Both the position numbers and the translations under genes were made by a program. A stretch of DNA of 64,000 nt from a virus (taxonomy: Duplodnaviria; Caudoviricetes): the IMG/VR virus record IMGVR_UViG_3300029305_003510, positions 1 through 64,000 of that record. One strand, 5' to 3'. Positions within the stretch are counted from its first letter, which is position 1, and the number at the start of each line of letters is the position of its first letter. The notes beneath the pieces are model-generated. The model was not told the DNA's origin. It saw only the letters and a program-made list of their open reading frames with translations, and searched no databases. Below are positions 19,200-29,171 of this stretch, in pieces.

Positions 19200-19648
19200 T
19201 GTTTGTTTTCATTAAAAGTCGAGTAATGACTCCTAAAATTACAGGCAGATGTGGAGTTGATAAATATCCCGATCTCCAGGAATTCTTATCTAAACATTGG
19301 GATCCACATTATAGTGATAAACTCGATGAAAATGGAATGCTTCATATCGAATTATTTGACACTAATGAAGTACCACCAGCTTTTACTATGGATAATGAGC
19401 ATATCAGTATTACTGCTAACTGGATCATTGCGAATCTACGTGCTGAAATCAGTAAGATCTTGAACGAGACTGGATACAGGACTATCATCGAGAGAGTCTT
19501 TATGCAGTATGTCGGAACTGTGGCTGATCATGTTAGTATGCATAACCTTAGCAGAGATACAACACTCTTCTTGAAAGAAGGATTATTGGTGAAAGGTGTG
19601 ACAGCGAAAAACATCGTTGAACGTCTTATTGGGTCTAATATGAAATAA
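19196..19648 (+). CDS. Hypothetical protein
   Basis: ATGA-coupled to the primase; SD AAGGAGG. Confidence 0.7.
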   Translation: MMFVFIKSRVMTPKITGRCGVDKYPDLQEFLSKHWDPHYSDKLDENGMLHIELFDTNEVPPAFTMDNEHISITANWIIANLRAEISKILNETGYRTIIERVFMQYVGTVADHVSMHNLSRDTTLFLKEGLLVKGVTAKNIVERLIGSNMK

Positions 19649-19650
19649 AT

Positions 19651-19687
19651 AAGGAACACCCGGGAGAAATCCCGGGTGTTCCTTTTT
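19651..19687. terminator. Bidirectional intrinsic terminator
   Basis: AAGGAACACCCGGGA-GAAA-TCCCGGGTGTTCCTT. Confidence 0.75.
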
Positions 19688-20993
19688 ACTTTGCATAGGT
19701 ATTTTCTTTATCCATAGTAGGAATAAACATATAGTTCTTTCCAGCATACCAGTTATCAATCATAGTTCTGAAAGAACTGGTAATATCCGAGCGAATGCCG
19801 ACATCAGCATTTAAGAAATTGTTATAGGTCTTCATCAGCTTTGCACGTTCTTCACGGATAGCGGCTTTATCAGATGCAGACAGACCCGACTGCTCCAGAT
19901 CCATATCAAGCTTTTCAACCATTCTCATAATTCGCTGCTGAGTAGAACCGTGACCGCCTGTCATAGTGGTAATAAGATCAGCTTGTAACAGTGCTAAATC
20001 ATAGAATGGTGCCAAGAACGAATCTTCATTAGTAGATTGCGTCTGATAGAGATTGAGTTTCTCTAATGCAGTAGCAAGCTCGGATGAATATCCGTAACTG
20101 GATGCAAAGCTATCAGCATACGCCTCGCCTTTACGGAGAAATGTATTATTAATATATCGGAATGGCGTCATCACGATATACTGAGGGAGAATTATCACCA
20201 TTGTCACTGGAGACAAAATTGCATTCAATGCTTTTACGACATTGAAACCAAACTTCTTCACAGCTCGAACAATCGAACCAAGAGGGGGGATCACATTTAA
20301 GAGCATATCATCAATATTGATCAACGCTTGATATACCCCACCTAATTCACTAAGAAGCACATTAAGTCCAGTGCCAGTTAAACGACCATAAACTCGTGGA
20401 TTATTCGGATTCAGGATCACATTAAGAATCGCATTAAAAATCATATACCACTGATTGGTTAAAGCCCAAATAGAATAATCAAAATTATGACCAACCTCAT
20501 GAAGTAAAATAGCGGTCATTTCAGCACTGGTCATGTCGCCCTCTGTAAACAAAATTTGATCAGTATTGATAAATACTCTCAACTCATGCTTGTTATCATA
20601 AAACCCTTTCTGATTGGTCCCATATTTATAGGTGATATTTCCGGAATGTAAAAACTTTGCTCGTGGAATTGTACAAGGTCCTCTATCAAGGTTGGGGCGA
20701 TTCGCCCAATAAATAGAACACGATTTGAATCCGAATACATCACAAAATGCTTTCTCAAGTTCTCTGCGAGAAGGATCATTCTGAATAATGATGCTAGGTT
20801 TTGCCATTACTTTTTCATAAATAACATCCATAGCATCCTGAATCTTCTGGACAGGCTTTTTGCCAAAGAAAGCTTCATCCAAAATAAATTGGTTAAAAGC
20901 TTCTTGTAAAGACATTTGTTCAGCGAAACCGTCAGTAATATTAGCACCTTCTGCAATAGCTCTGAGTTCTGTCAGAGTATACATAATTTGCAT
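19686..20993 (-). CDS. M48-like zinc metallopeptidase, probable head-associated protein
   Basis: AILLHEVGH and GEAYADSFASSYGYSSELATALEKL; N-terminal IAE/LQE/LDE motifs; late promoter. Confidence 0.7.
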   Translation of the reverse strand: MQIMYTLTELRAIAEGANITDGFAEQMSLQEAFNQFILDEAFFGKKPVQKIQDAMDVIYEKVMAKPSIIIQNDPSRRELEKAFCDVFGFKSCSIYWANRPNLDRGPCTIPRAKFLHSGNITYKYGTNQKGFYDNKHELRVFINTDQILFTEGDMTSAEMTAILLHEVGHNFDYSIWALTNQWYMIFNAILNVILNPNNPRVYGRLTGTGLNVLLSELGGVYQALINIDDMLLNVIPPLGSIVRAVKKFGFNVVKALNAILSPVTMVIILPQYIVMTPFRYINNTFLRKGEAYADSFASSYGYSSELATALEKLNLYQTQSTNEDSFLAPFYDLALLQADLITTMTGGHGSTQQRIMRMVEKLDMDLEQSGLSASDKAAIREERAKLMKTYNNFLNADVGIRSDITSSFRTMIDNWYAGKNYMFIPTMDKENTYAK

Positions 20994-21036
20994 CCCTCTA
21001 CTTTCTTTTATTATAATAGCAAGGATTTTACCACAC

Positions 21037-21049
21037 TTATAGAATAGTT
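21037..21049 (-). promoter_or_regulatory. Putative late promoter AACT-N4-TATAA
   Basis: AACTATTCTATAA; divergent from the promoter at 21072. Confidence 0.55.
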
Positions 21050-21071
21050 CATGTTATAAATGGATTCCGGG

Positions 21072-21084
21072 AACATTTTTATAA
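21072..21084 (+). promoter_or_regulatory. Putative late promoter AACA-N4-TATAA
   Basis: AACATTTTTATAA. Confidence 0.65.
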
Positions 21085-21110
21085 CTGGTAAGGAGGTGTA
21101 AAAGTGCCTT

Positions 21111-22427
21111 ATGAGGGTCATTAAGAATCAAACAATGATCAATCGGCTCAGCGAAACCGTCGTAGCCAATGAAATGTCTAATATCGCAATGGTACTGCAG
21201 ACACCGACAATCTTGACTACATGGTATCGTATTGAACCAAATATGTCAGAACTGGTTCCGGGCTGGGATAACGTAGATAGCTTTATTGCATCCGATTCTC
21301 CGATTGTTTTTGATAAGATTGAAAATCTGCCCATGTATGGTGTAGATAATCTTATCCCAACAACAGAATTCGACGATGAAGTAGGGTATGATGAAGATTT
21401 CTCATCTTCTGGCGTTGTATATCCGAATACAATCTTCCCGAAACCAAATGATTGCTTCACAATTAATACTGCAAAAGTCCCTGGTTTGTACTATGTAACA
21501 GATGTAAAACCCGTTACTGTGCGATCAAATCCATTTATTGAGATCCAGTTCCGCCTGAAAACCAGAGATCCCAATGTAATCGCACAACTGGAGCGACAAG
21601 TCCACGAAGTGTATACCACTGCAATGAGTCCGCTTGGTAGCAATCGATCTCTGATTATTACCAAAGATGCAGTTGATGACATTGACTCACATGTAAAATC
21701 CTATCTGGATATCTGCCACCTCTATACGCTGCTATTCTATGACGAAAACAAAGCGGCGTTTGTATTTGACGGGCTACCTGATAAAGAAGGTCGAAAAGCA
21801 TGTTTCATTGACATGACATTATGGAAATTTATGTTCGATGAAGGGATCATCATCTATGACGAACTCGTTACATATGCGAACAATAACTTTGCAAAAAGTG
21901 TTGATCGAATCTACACTGGATGCCCTGATGTCTATCTGGATGAGCATAGCTTCCATAGATCTATCATCTGGCGTGTATACAGTAAAGAGTATGGTCCTAC
22001 AATTAAACTGAATAAGTTTGATGAATACCGATACCCTTATATGTATCACCCCACTGAACGGATCACGAAATATCAAGGTCCGAATATCTGGTATCTTGAA
22101 ACATATCTAAATCATCCGATGAAGGATATTTCTCATGGTCAGTTCTATATTTGGGATGATGAATTCCTGTGCAGGATCCGTAATAACGATCCATATCCGG
22201 AACTCCCTCTCAAAGGTGGTCCTTGTGACGCTTGTGAACTTCACTGTTCTGGTGCACCTGTTCTGTGCTATAACCCATATCTTCGGAATGCTATCATCAA
22301 ATGGTTTAATGATGGTGAAATCGACTGGGATAATCTCCAGGTCACTGATGATCGAACCATTGAGAACTACTATCTGATTCCCATCGTGCTTGGAATCTAC
22401 AAGAAATTCATACAGGGACTCGGCTAA
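21111..22427 (+). CDS. Virion structural protein (possible neck/head-closure type)
   Basis: TTWY..., DSPIVFDKIENLPMYG, PKPNDCF and LYYVTDV resemble jumbo-phage neck-like proteins; late promoter. Confidence 0.5.
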   Translation: MRVIKNQTMINRLSETVVANEMSNIAMVLQTPTILTTWYRIEPNMSELVPGWDNVDSFIASDSPIVFDKIENLPMYGVDNLIPTTEFDDEVGYDEDFSSSGVVYPNTIFPKPNDCFTINTAKVPGLYYVTDVKPVTVRSNPFIEIQFRLKTRDPNVIAQLERQVHEVYTTAMSPLGSNRSLIITKDAVDDIDSHVKSYLDICHLYTLLFYDENKAAFVFDGLPDKEGRKACFIDMTLWKFMFDEGIIIYDELVTYANNNFAKSVDRIYTGCPDVYLDEHSFHRSIIWRVYSKEYGPTIKLNKFDEYRYPYMYHPTERITKYQGPNIWYLETYLNHPMKDISHGQFYIWDDEFLCRIRNNDPYPELPLKGGPCDACELHCSGAPVLCYNPYLRNAIIKWFNDGEIDWDNLQVTDDRTIENYYLIPIVLGIYKKFIQGLG

Positions 22428-22477
22428 AAGAATCTCTATGAATAATAAAACTTTACAAGAAAGGCGGTATCACTGCT

Positions 22478-22798
22478 ATGTTCGGTAATATCAATAAGGA
22501 ATACAACGCGAAAAAGCGTGCTAAGAAAGAGAACCAGTTCATCACCGAGTCTGTCCTTGGTGTTGAGGAAATTCTGCCCGGTTCTGAAGAGGAGATGGAC
22601 GATATCACTGATGTCGATTCCGTCCCTGAGGAAGTCTATAAGAAGATCGATGCTGAGTTGGATAAGATCGTGAACGACCCCAACTATGACGACTCCGAGG
22701 CGGATGAGCTTGCCGACGATGATCTCGGCGAGGATGATGAAGATGACGAAGCGATCGACGCTATCGTCAATGAAGCCGTTGATGGCTGGGATAATTGA
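22478..22798 (+). CDS. Very acidic small protein (possible scaffold/head protein)
   Basis: D/E-rich; ITES and VNEA motifs. Confidence 0.7.
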   Translation: MFGNINKEYNAKKRAKKENQFITESVLGVEEILPGSEEEMDDITDVDSVPEEVYKKIDAELDKIVNDPNYDDSEADELADDDLGEDDEDDEAIDAIVNEAVDGWDN

Positions 22799-22819
22799 GA
22801 AACGGGTTGGAGGTTAATT

Positions 22820-23239
22820 ATGAATCTGAATAATCTCCGCGCTCTTAGCGAGGGTGCTATTTCTGAGTATGAATTTGATCAGCTCAATGAGGCTACTAAA
22901 TTGGACAAATATAAACTCTATAAGGAAGATGCGCAGAAAATTTCTAGTCTTCTGAAGGAGGCTAGAGCTGAGAATGACAATAAGAAAGCAAAAGCAAAGT
23001 ATCAGGAAGCTCTGAAAAACGCTAAGGATCTGAAAGCTAAGGCTAATAAGATTCCCAATAATGATGTGCTTGACTGGATCTTTGATCTGTTCGTTAAACC
23101 TTGGTGGTGGTTCCTTGCCGATGTTATCACCACGGCATCTAAGGGTAATCCTGTAATGGAGATGTCCAGGTCTCAGGCGGTTGCACATTATGATACGCTG
23201 ATTAAACAGATCGAGAAGAAGATCGCTGATCTGGATTGA
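22820..23239 (+). CDS. Probable head protein with propeptide
   Basis: LSEG, ISEY and LNEA motifs in the N-terminal 26 aa. Confidence 0.6.
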   Translation: MNLNNLRALSEGAISEYEFDQLNEATKLDKYKLYKEDAQKISSLLKEARAENDNKKAKAKYQEALKNAKDLKAKANKIPNNDVLDWIFDLFVKPWWWFLADVITTASKGNPVMEMSRSQAVAHYDTLIKQIEKKIADLD

Positions 23240-23273
23240 TCATACAACTATGAGTAAATGAGGTGCAACGAAT

Positions 23274-24050
23274 ATGGCAAGACCTGCGAGGAAATTTATT
23301 TTGATCCCTGAGCATCGTCCCCTTCATGCTATGGGTGAATGTTTTGGGCCCAAACATGGACCTCTTCTGGAACCCTGTCCGACTCCTATTCCGGTTATCG
23401 GAAAGCTTTTGAAACAGAAAGGTGATGAAGCTCTTACCATCATGGAGGTTCTGAAGAAGCCTGATGGTAGCACAACTTCTCCTGTGAGACTGACTCCTGA
23501 GAACTATACCCTGAGCTATGAAGAAATTCTCGGCGGTGCTTCTATGCCTGCTCCGGCCACTCTGGTGAAACCTGATGAGCCTGAAGCTATTGGTCCTGTA
23601 ATCGTCACTGCAGGAGAAAAGCAGAAAGCTACTGAAATCCCTGTCGGGCCTGGTCCTGAAGTAGAACTGAAGATTTCCGAAGTTCCTGGCGAAGTAACTC
23701 CTACCGAAGTTCAGGTAGACAAGGCTGTTATTGTAGGTGATACTGTTGAAGTACATCATGGAGACACCGGAGCTACTTCTTCAGAAGTAGCTATGGAACA
23801 TCTTGAAACTGCTACTTCCGGATATGTTGCAGTAGAAGGGGAAGAAGAATCTGCTGAACCTGAAGCTACTGTGACTGTTGCAAGTGTTCCGGTTAATCCT
23901 ACTGCTGGCATGACTAAGGCTCAGCGCAAAGCTTATAACCGCGAGCAGCGTGCACTGGAAGCTGCTAGACAGGCCCAGATGCAGCAGAATTCTACCGATG
24001 AAGAAGTATTCTCCAATACCGAGGATGCTGATGAAAATCCACAGGGATAA
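23274..24050 (+). CDS. Hypothetical protein with Glu/Pro-rich low-complexity region
   Basis: ORF with SD GAGGTG. Confidence 0.7.
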   Translation: MARPARKFILIPEHRPLHAMGECFGPKHGPLLEPCPTPIPVIGKLLKQKGDEALTIMEVLKKPDGSTTSPVRLTPENYTLSYEEILGGASMPAPATLVKPDEPEAIGPVIVTAGEKQKATEIPVGPGPEVELKISEVPGEVTPTEVQVDKAVIVGDTVEVHHGDTGATSSEVAMEHLETATSGYVAVEGEEESAEPEATVTVASVPVNPTAGMTKAQRKAYNREQRALEAARQAQMQQNSTDEEVFSNTEDADENPQG

Positions 24051-24071
24051 TTTCTCCGTTCTTTTCATAAG

Positions 24072-24112
24072 GTATGGTCTATCCGGTGTTAGGATAGACC
24101 ATACTCTTTCTT
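24072..24112 (+). terminator. Intrinsic terminator
   Basis: GTATGGTCTATCC..GGATAGACCATAC followed by TCTTTCTT. Confidence 0.7.
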
Positions 24113-24117
24113 ACTGA

Positions 24118-24130
24118 AACATCACTATAA
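24118..24130 (+). promoter_or_regulatory. Putative late promoter AACA-N4-TATAA
   Basis: AACATCACTATAA. Confidence 0.65.
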
Positions 24131-24145
24131 TGATTACCGGAAAGG

Positions 24146-24376
24146 GTGGTTTTAATCATGGCGAAACATGGTAACAGTAGAAGTAACATTCAGAGGAACA
24201 CTGGCCCAGAAATTATTAAAAGTGGACCTCCAAAGAAAGTTACAAAACGCCTTGTTGTAACGTCCCAAACCGCGTATCATATTACAGAGTTGGCACTTCG
24301 CGAAAATATTTCAGAAGGAAAAGTCATCGATAAACTGATGAGAACCTATCTGGCTACGCAGAAGTATCGACCCTAA
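24146..24376 (+). CDS. Small basic protein, possibly ribbon-helix-helix DNA-binding
   Basis: KRLVVTSQTAYHITELALRENISEGKVIDKLMRTYL fits a beta-alpha-alpha pattern. Confidence 0.5.
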   Translation: MVLIMAKHGNSRSNIQRNTGPEIIKSGPPKKVTKRLVVTSQTAYHITELALRENISEGKVIDKLMRTYLATQKYRP

Positions 24377-24412
24377 ATATTTTTGCATACCGGTTAATTA
24401 TACTGAAAGGAA

Positions 24413-25327
24413 GTGTTATCTTTGGAATTCAAACTGAATATTGTCGGTAACCGTCCCGCCTCTGGAGATCTGGTACTGGCTGCTGAAGTTCCTCTGAGTG
24501 GTGTAAAATTCATCGAGGTTTTTGGCCAGGCTATGCGTAGATCCATTGATCATGTTGGTCGTCATCGGCATATCACTCTTGGTGCACTGGCGATGTATGA
24601 AGTTACTGTTCCTCAGTATATGGCAATCGAGTCCGGTCTGTTTGAGACTACCGATACTGTTGCTGTATATGTTGAAAATGACCTGCTGAGCAACTTCATC
24701 TTCTACAGTGCTTCTATGTCTTATGGCGCAACTGGTCGTCCGTGCTATCCCTATATGCAGAATGAAGCTACTCTGGTTTCTATGATCGATGAGCTGGCTT
24801 TCTTGGATGCATGGGCTGGCACTAACTATGCTACTTCTCTGAGAATGGTGAATGGTATTATGGTTGATGCTTCTACCAACTATGATAATAATACCGGTGA
24901 CAATAGTGGCTGTAGTAACAATGGTGGTATCGGGTGTGATGGATGCACTTGTGATCCCGAAAGACCTAATCCTCCCCCTCCGCATTGGAATCCTCCTGCT
25001 CACAGGCCTCCTGAACACCACCATTATCACCCGGAGCATCATCCCGCTCCTCCTCCTCAAAAAAACCCGCATCCGCCCGTAGATCGTCCTTCTATGGGTC
25101 CTACCCAAAAGCCTTCTAAACCCGGACCTCATCCCCCGGTAAAACCCAATCGCCCTGGACATCATCATAGACCTGGTGGTTCTGTAACGTCTATTAAGCC
25201 TGCAGTTCCTCCTGGATATGATAACGATTGCTGTGATAACGATGATTGTTACTGTGATGATATCCTGAAGCCTGGTACGATCATTCTGGATCCTATCACT
25301 GGCGACAGCGCTGAATTTAATCAGTAA
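24413..25327 (+). CDS. Hypothetical protein with Pro/His-rich and Cys/Asp-rich C-terminus (probable start TTG 24422)
   Basis: Biased codon usage; PPPHWNPPAHRPPEHHHYHPEHH and CCDNDDCYCDD. Confidence 0.7.
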   Translation: MLSLEFKLNIVGNRPASGDLVLAAEVPLSGVKFIEVFGQAMRRSIDHVGRHRHITLGALAMYEVTVPQYMAIESGLFETTDTVAVYVENDLLSNFIFYSASMSYGATGRPCYPYMQNEATLVSMIDELAFLDAWAGTNYATSLRMVNGIMVDASTNYDNNTGDNSGCSNNGGIGCDGCTCDPERPNPPPPHWNPPAHRPPEHHHYHPEHHPAPPPQKNPHPPVDRPSMGPTQKPSKPGPHPPVKPNRPGHHHRPGGSVTSIKPAVPPGYDNDCCDNDDCYCDDILKPGTIILDPITGDSAEFNQ

Positions 25328-25333
25328 AACAAA

Positions 25334-25363
25334 TCCCCTCTCCCACATAATAGGGAGAGGGGA
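25334..25363. terminator. Terminator between convergent genes
   Basis: TCCCCTCTCCC..GGGAGAGGGGA. Confidence 0.65.
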
Positions 25364-25370
25364 ATTCTTA

Positions 25371-26588
25371 TTAGTCAGTAAACAAGAGGCGATAACGCTT
25401 AGACGTATTCAAATCCGTGCATTGTTTCTTAGCAAGATCAAATCTCATACGAGCTTTCTTTTTACTGGGAAGGAGGTCTTTATATTCTTTCTTAAAACCT
25501 TCAATAATCTTGCCGGATTTAGGATCAATAGCACAGTATGACCACGTATTTTCAGGGTCGGTGACATCACACGTAACGGCGATATTAAACTTACCTTCCA
25601 TAGCAAGGTGTCTCTCATGAGGACTGAAAGAGAACTCACCCTTACGACCCATAATCTCCTCAGCAAATGCACGAGCTAACGCATCATCGCTATCCGCTTT
25701 AGATTTATCGCCTTTGGAAGGTTTTCGAACAGAATCTTCATCATCCTCGTCGTCATCATAACCCATACTTCGAGCAGAATTCTTAAAGTTGCTAGAGCCT
25801 TTATCTTTCTTTTTATCTTTACCCTTCTTACCTTTAGATTCTCCTCGATCTTCATCGATATCGAATACACCACGAAGATACTTAGCACCAAGATTAGAAA
25901 TAGCCTTGGTGTTATCACTACCCTCATTAGCTCTCTTATCTTTATCTTTCTTATATTCAAGATCGGATACTGTCTTAGCAATAGAGCCTAGCTCTTTAAC
26001 GGCAGAAAGCTTGCTATTCTTTGCTGAGATCAGATTACTAATCTGCTGAGAGCGATACATATTTCGAGTCTGTCCACGACTGGAATTAAGTTCATCCTCA
26101 ATCTCAGAAGCAATCTTATCAAAGTCGGTAATAGTGTCATGGAGCATCGAGACAACAGGAGAAAAGCGTTTACCGTAAGTAGTATCAAGCGTTGTGTCTT
26201 TACGCTTATTGCCACCTTTCTTTTTATTGTCACGATATCCCTCTTCATCCTCTTCGTCTTCAGCTTCAGCAACTGCATCAGCATTATTAAAGACCATATT
26301 CAGAAGACTTTCACGGGCTTTCTTATTCTTTTTCTTCTTGCCTTCCTTTTTGGACTCTTTATACTCATCAGTTTTCTGATACTGAGTAACAGCGGCTTTT
26401 TCTGCCCGGAACTGTTTTAACTTTGCTTCCAGATCATCGATACTGGTAGTCAGCTCTGCTTTGCGTTCATCTACACGGGATGCCGTAGGACGAAGAAGGA
26501 CAAAACCGTCTTCATCACGATCCATGTCACTATATCCAACGGCACGACGATACTGATCTCTTCCAAGATCATAAATCGCAACATCCAT
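25371..26588 (-). CDS. Hypothetical Lys/Asp-rich coiled-coil protein
   Basis: 405-aa ORF with SD AAGGAGG and a late-type promoter. Confidence 0.75.
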   Translation of the reverse strand: MDVAIYDLGRDQYRRAVGYSDMDRDEDGFVLLRPTASRVDERKAELTTSIDDLEAKLKQFRAEKAAVTQYQKTDEYKESKKEGKKKKNKKARESLLNMVFNNADAVAEAEDEEDEEGYRDNKKKGGNKRKDTTLDTTYGKRFSPVVSMLHDTITDFDKIASEIEDELNSSRGQTRNMYRSQQISNLISAKNSKLSAVKELGSIAKTVSDLEYKKDKDKRANEGSDNTKAISNLGAKYLRGVFDIDEDRGESKGKKGKDKKKDKGSSNFKNSARSMGYDDDEDDEDSVRKPSKGDKSKADSDDALARAFAEEIMGRKGEFSFSPHERHLAMEGKFNIAVTCDVTDPENTWSYCAIDPKSGKIIEGFKKEYKDLLPSKKKARMRFDLAKKQCTDLNTSKRYRLLFTD

Positions 26589-26618
26589 AAATAAAACACC
26601 CTCCTTACTGTGTTCAGG

Positions 26619-26631
26619 TTATATGATTGTC
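26619..26631 (-). promoter_or_regulatory. Putative late promoter GACA-N4-TATAA
   Basis: GACAATCATATAA. Confidence 0.6.
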
Positions 26632-26700
26632 CTACCATGCATTTAATAATCGATTTGCAGATAAACATTCAGATATAAGTCATATGAAAGGATGTATACA

Positions 26701-26838
26701 ATGTTCTCAGACTTAATGCTTTCTGGTCTATGTAAAGCAATTCTATGTATGTGGTTAATACTTATTGTTCTTGGTCTTATTGCAGTTGCTGGGTGTATGC
26801 TATGGCTTATAAAAGAATTATACATTTTACGGAAATAA
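26701..26838 (+). CDS. Small membrane protein (45 aa)
   Basis: SD GAAAGGA; MFSDLMLSGLCKAILCMWLILIVLGLIAVAGCMLWLIKELYILRK. Confidence 0.5.
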   Translation: MFSDLMLSGLCKAILCMWLILIVLGLIAVAGCMLWLIKELYILRK

Positions 26839-26847
26839 CTTTCTGTC

Positions 26848-26857
26848 TATATATTAT
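26848..26857 (+). promoter_or_regulatory. Putative early promoter TATATATTAT
   Basis: Upstream of the RNA polymerase subunit gene. Confidence 0.55.
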
Positions 26858-26922
26858 AGATAGGAAGAAAGGAGAACTTTTCATGCTCAAATAAATTAAA
26901 CAACGAGGAGGTTGTTACACAT

Positions 26923-29074
26923 ATGCCTAAAGAAAAAGGAAAACTGAACATCAAAAACCGAGATGCGTATAAATGTTTCATACCATCTCCAATCGAACAC
27001 TATGAAACGCCGACCAAAATTAAATCGGTCCGCTTTGTTCGATCCTCTCCCGATGAAAAATATCGGAAACTGAAAAAGAAAGGGTTGAACATCGACATCA
27101 CCAACCCTGAGATTTATGTCAACGGGAAGAAACCTACAGATGGTATTTTCTCTCCACTCTTTGGTGCCGACACAACACAGGATACACCCGTCTATACCTG
27201 TGATTGCCATAAACTAACCGGTGGTGTTAATCGTGGTCGTATCTGCCCTGATTGTGGATCGGAAGTCCGTACGATTGAAGCTGACCTTCGTATCACCGGA
27301 CATATCGACATTGCTCCATATCATATCATGACTTATCACGGATATATCGCAATGTCCAAAGTATTCAAGAATCTCGGGGATATCATTAAGACCAATAAAC
27401 GCATCACACGATCTGGTAAAATCGCAGAAAGCGATATGCCCACGATTATGGATCTTTACGACGACTATGAAGAGCTCTATGAGCATAAGACTGGTCTCCC
27501 TAAAGAGATCGCATTCATGTCAAAGATCCCTGTTTATTCTGCACGCCTACGCCCGTTGATGCAACAGAATATGGTTATGACGATTCTGGATGTGAATAAA
27601 CGCTATCTTTCCATTACAAACCTGAGCGGTATTCTGAAGTCTACGCAGTTTATGCCAGAATTTCATCGGGAAATTGAAATCCAGCGTACGCTGAATCAGA
27701 TCCAACAGGACTTCAATGATATCACAACTATTGTCAATGAACAGATTAACAGTAAATCTGGCGTGTTCCGTCGAGCATTAGCATCTGGTCGTCTTGACAA
27801 CTCTTCTCGTCTGGTTATCACTCTCGGCACAGATCTCATGGCGCATGAAGTTGATGTCCCATATCAGATGATGATGGTCCAATACGAAGAGGAGATCGCA
27901 AACTACCTTTCCCGTATTCAGGATATTCCCGTTTCCAGGGCTATCGATATTGTGGAAGAGAATCAGACAACACCTACACCTCTCTTTGTGAAAATTATTA
28001 ATCAGCTTTTGAAAGCAAAGAAAGGTATTTGGATACTCGATAACCGAAATCCGACCATCTCGGAATCTGGCGTTCAGTATGTTCGTATTCGAAAGATCCA
28101 TGATGATCCCACGGATATGACTATGCATCTACCTCCGGATGTTCTCGGTCTGCTCGCAGCTGACTTCGATAGATGGATGAGAGTCCAATCTGTCCCCTCC
28201 TACAGGAATGTGGGATGTGGAACCAATCTAATTGCTGGGAAGTGCTAAAGCCTCTAAGCTCTTTAATACACTTTTAGAGTTACGAAAGTAGAAACAAGTT
28301 AGAGGATGGGTATATGGTTAAATCCTAAGTACCTGGAGTACAATGTGCAATCAGCAGCGAAACTTTATAAATTAACAGTAGATAGCATATGGTAATGCGA
28401 TGGATTATAAATCCGTATGGATGACAGTTCGATTCTGTCTCTCAGATAATTTATAAAGGACGTTCAACGACTATTATGTAGGACTCAAGCGAGTTCGAAA
28501 TGGTTGGGGTCCCAATGTCTAGACTCTAAATTTAGATAATGGATCATGATATAGTCTCTACATGTAGGTAACACCTACAGCAGTCTGTAAAATTAAGATT
28601 CAACTAACTGGCGGGATTTAAGATAGCGCGCATATCTGTTTCGTTAAGAGTTGACGGTTTTATTAGACGCTCTCGAAGTAGCGACTCGAGAGGAAGATTT
28701 AGGGAGATCAGCTGACTGGAGTTTCGGTTAAGAACCCGAACTACCACCCACTCTTTATGACCATGTGTCCGACATACGCTTTCATCGATCGTGCTGATGG
28801 TAAGTTTAATCGGGCCATGGATTTCAAGAAAGACTATGCAGCATTAATTGCTGCAGCTTGGGATATTGATGCAGCATATGATCAATTTCTCTCCAATCCG
28901 GAAGCAGAACATTATGAGATACTGAAACAAATGGGTCTGGATGATGTAGAGAATGAATCCGCTCGTGATAGACGTGAAATGGTTTTCCGCACACTCATGT
29001 CTGGAAAGGTATCGGGTAAGTTCCGGGATCGTTTTATAGACCCTTTTGGTTTCCGCCAGGAGAGTGTCATGTAA
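26923..29074 (+). CDS. Phage multisubunit RNA polymerase beta'-N subunit (non-virion type); exons 26923-28170 and 28703-29074, 539 aa spliced
   Basis: DGIFSPLFG, Zn finger CDC..CPDCG, KSGVFRR..GR..SSR.VI and NRNPTI. Splicing restores catalytic AADFD|GDQL in frame with ORF 28757..29074. Confidence 0.9.
28171..28702 (+). ncRNA. Group I self-splicing intron (532 nt, no homing endonuclease ORF)
   Basis: 5' exon ends in U and intron ends in G. Core elements: P AATTGCTGGGAA (28230), Q AATCAGCAGC (28349), R GTTCAACGACTA (28462), S ATGATATAGTCT (28546). P7 is GACTA/TAGTC. Confidence 0.92.
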
Positions 29075-29171
29075 GCCCAAAGAAGGGTACGCAGGAGCCA
29101 TAAGTGCTCCTGCGTATTCTTTTTCTTTCTATCAGAAATCGATATATAATCGGACAAAACAATAAGAAGAG

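Noticed and set aside
22478-22798. ITESVL resembling the Ugi IQESIL motif
   Set aside because: It sits in a late operon, the rest is low-complexity acidic sequence, and the motif is better explained as a head-protease site.
25371-26588. Chimallin (nuclear shell) candidate, because phiKZ gp54 neighbours the beta'-N gene
   Set aside because: Opposite strand, shorter, low-complexity Lys/Asp-rich and late-type promoter; no recognisable similarity.
28171-28248. C-terminal RWMRVQSV... of the 441-aa ORF, and 28757..29074 as a separate gene
   Set aside because: The first is read-through into the intron; the second is part of exon 2.
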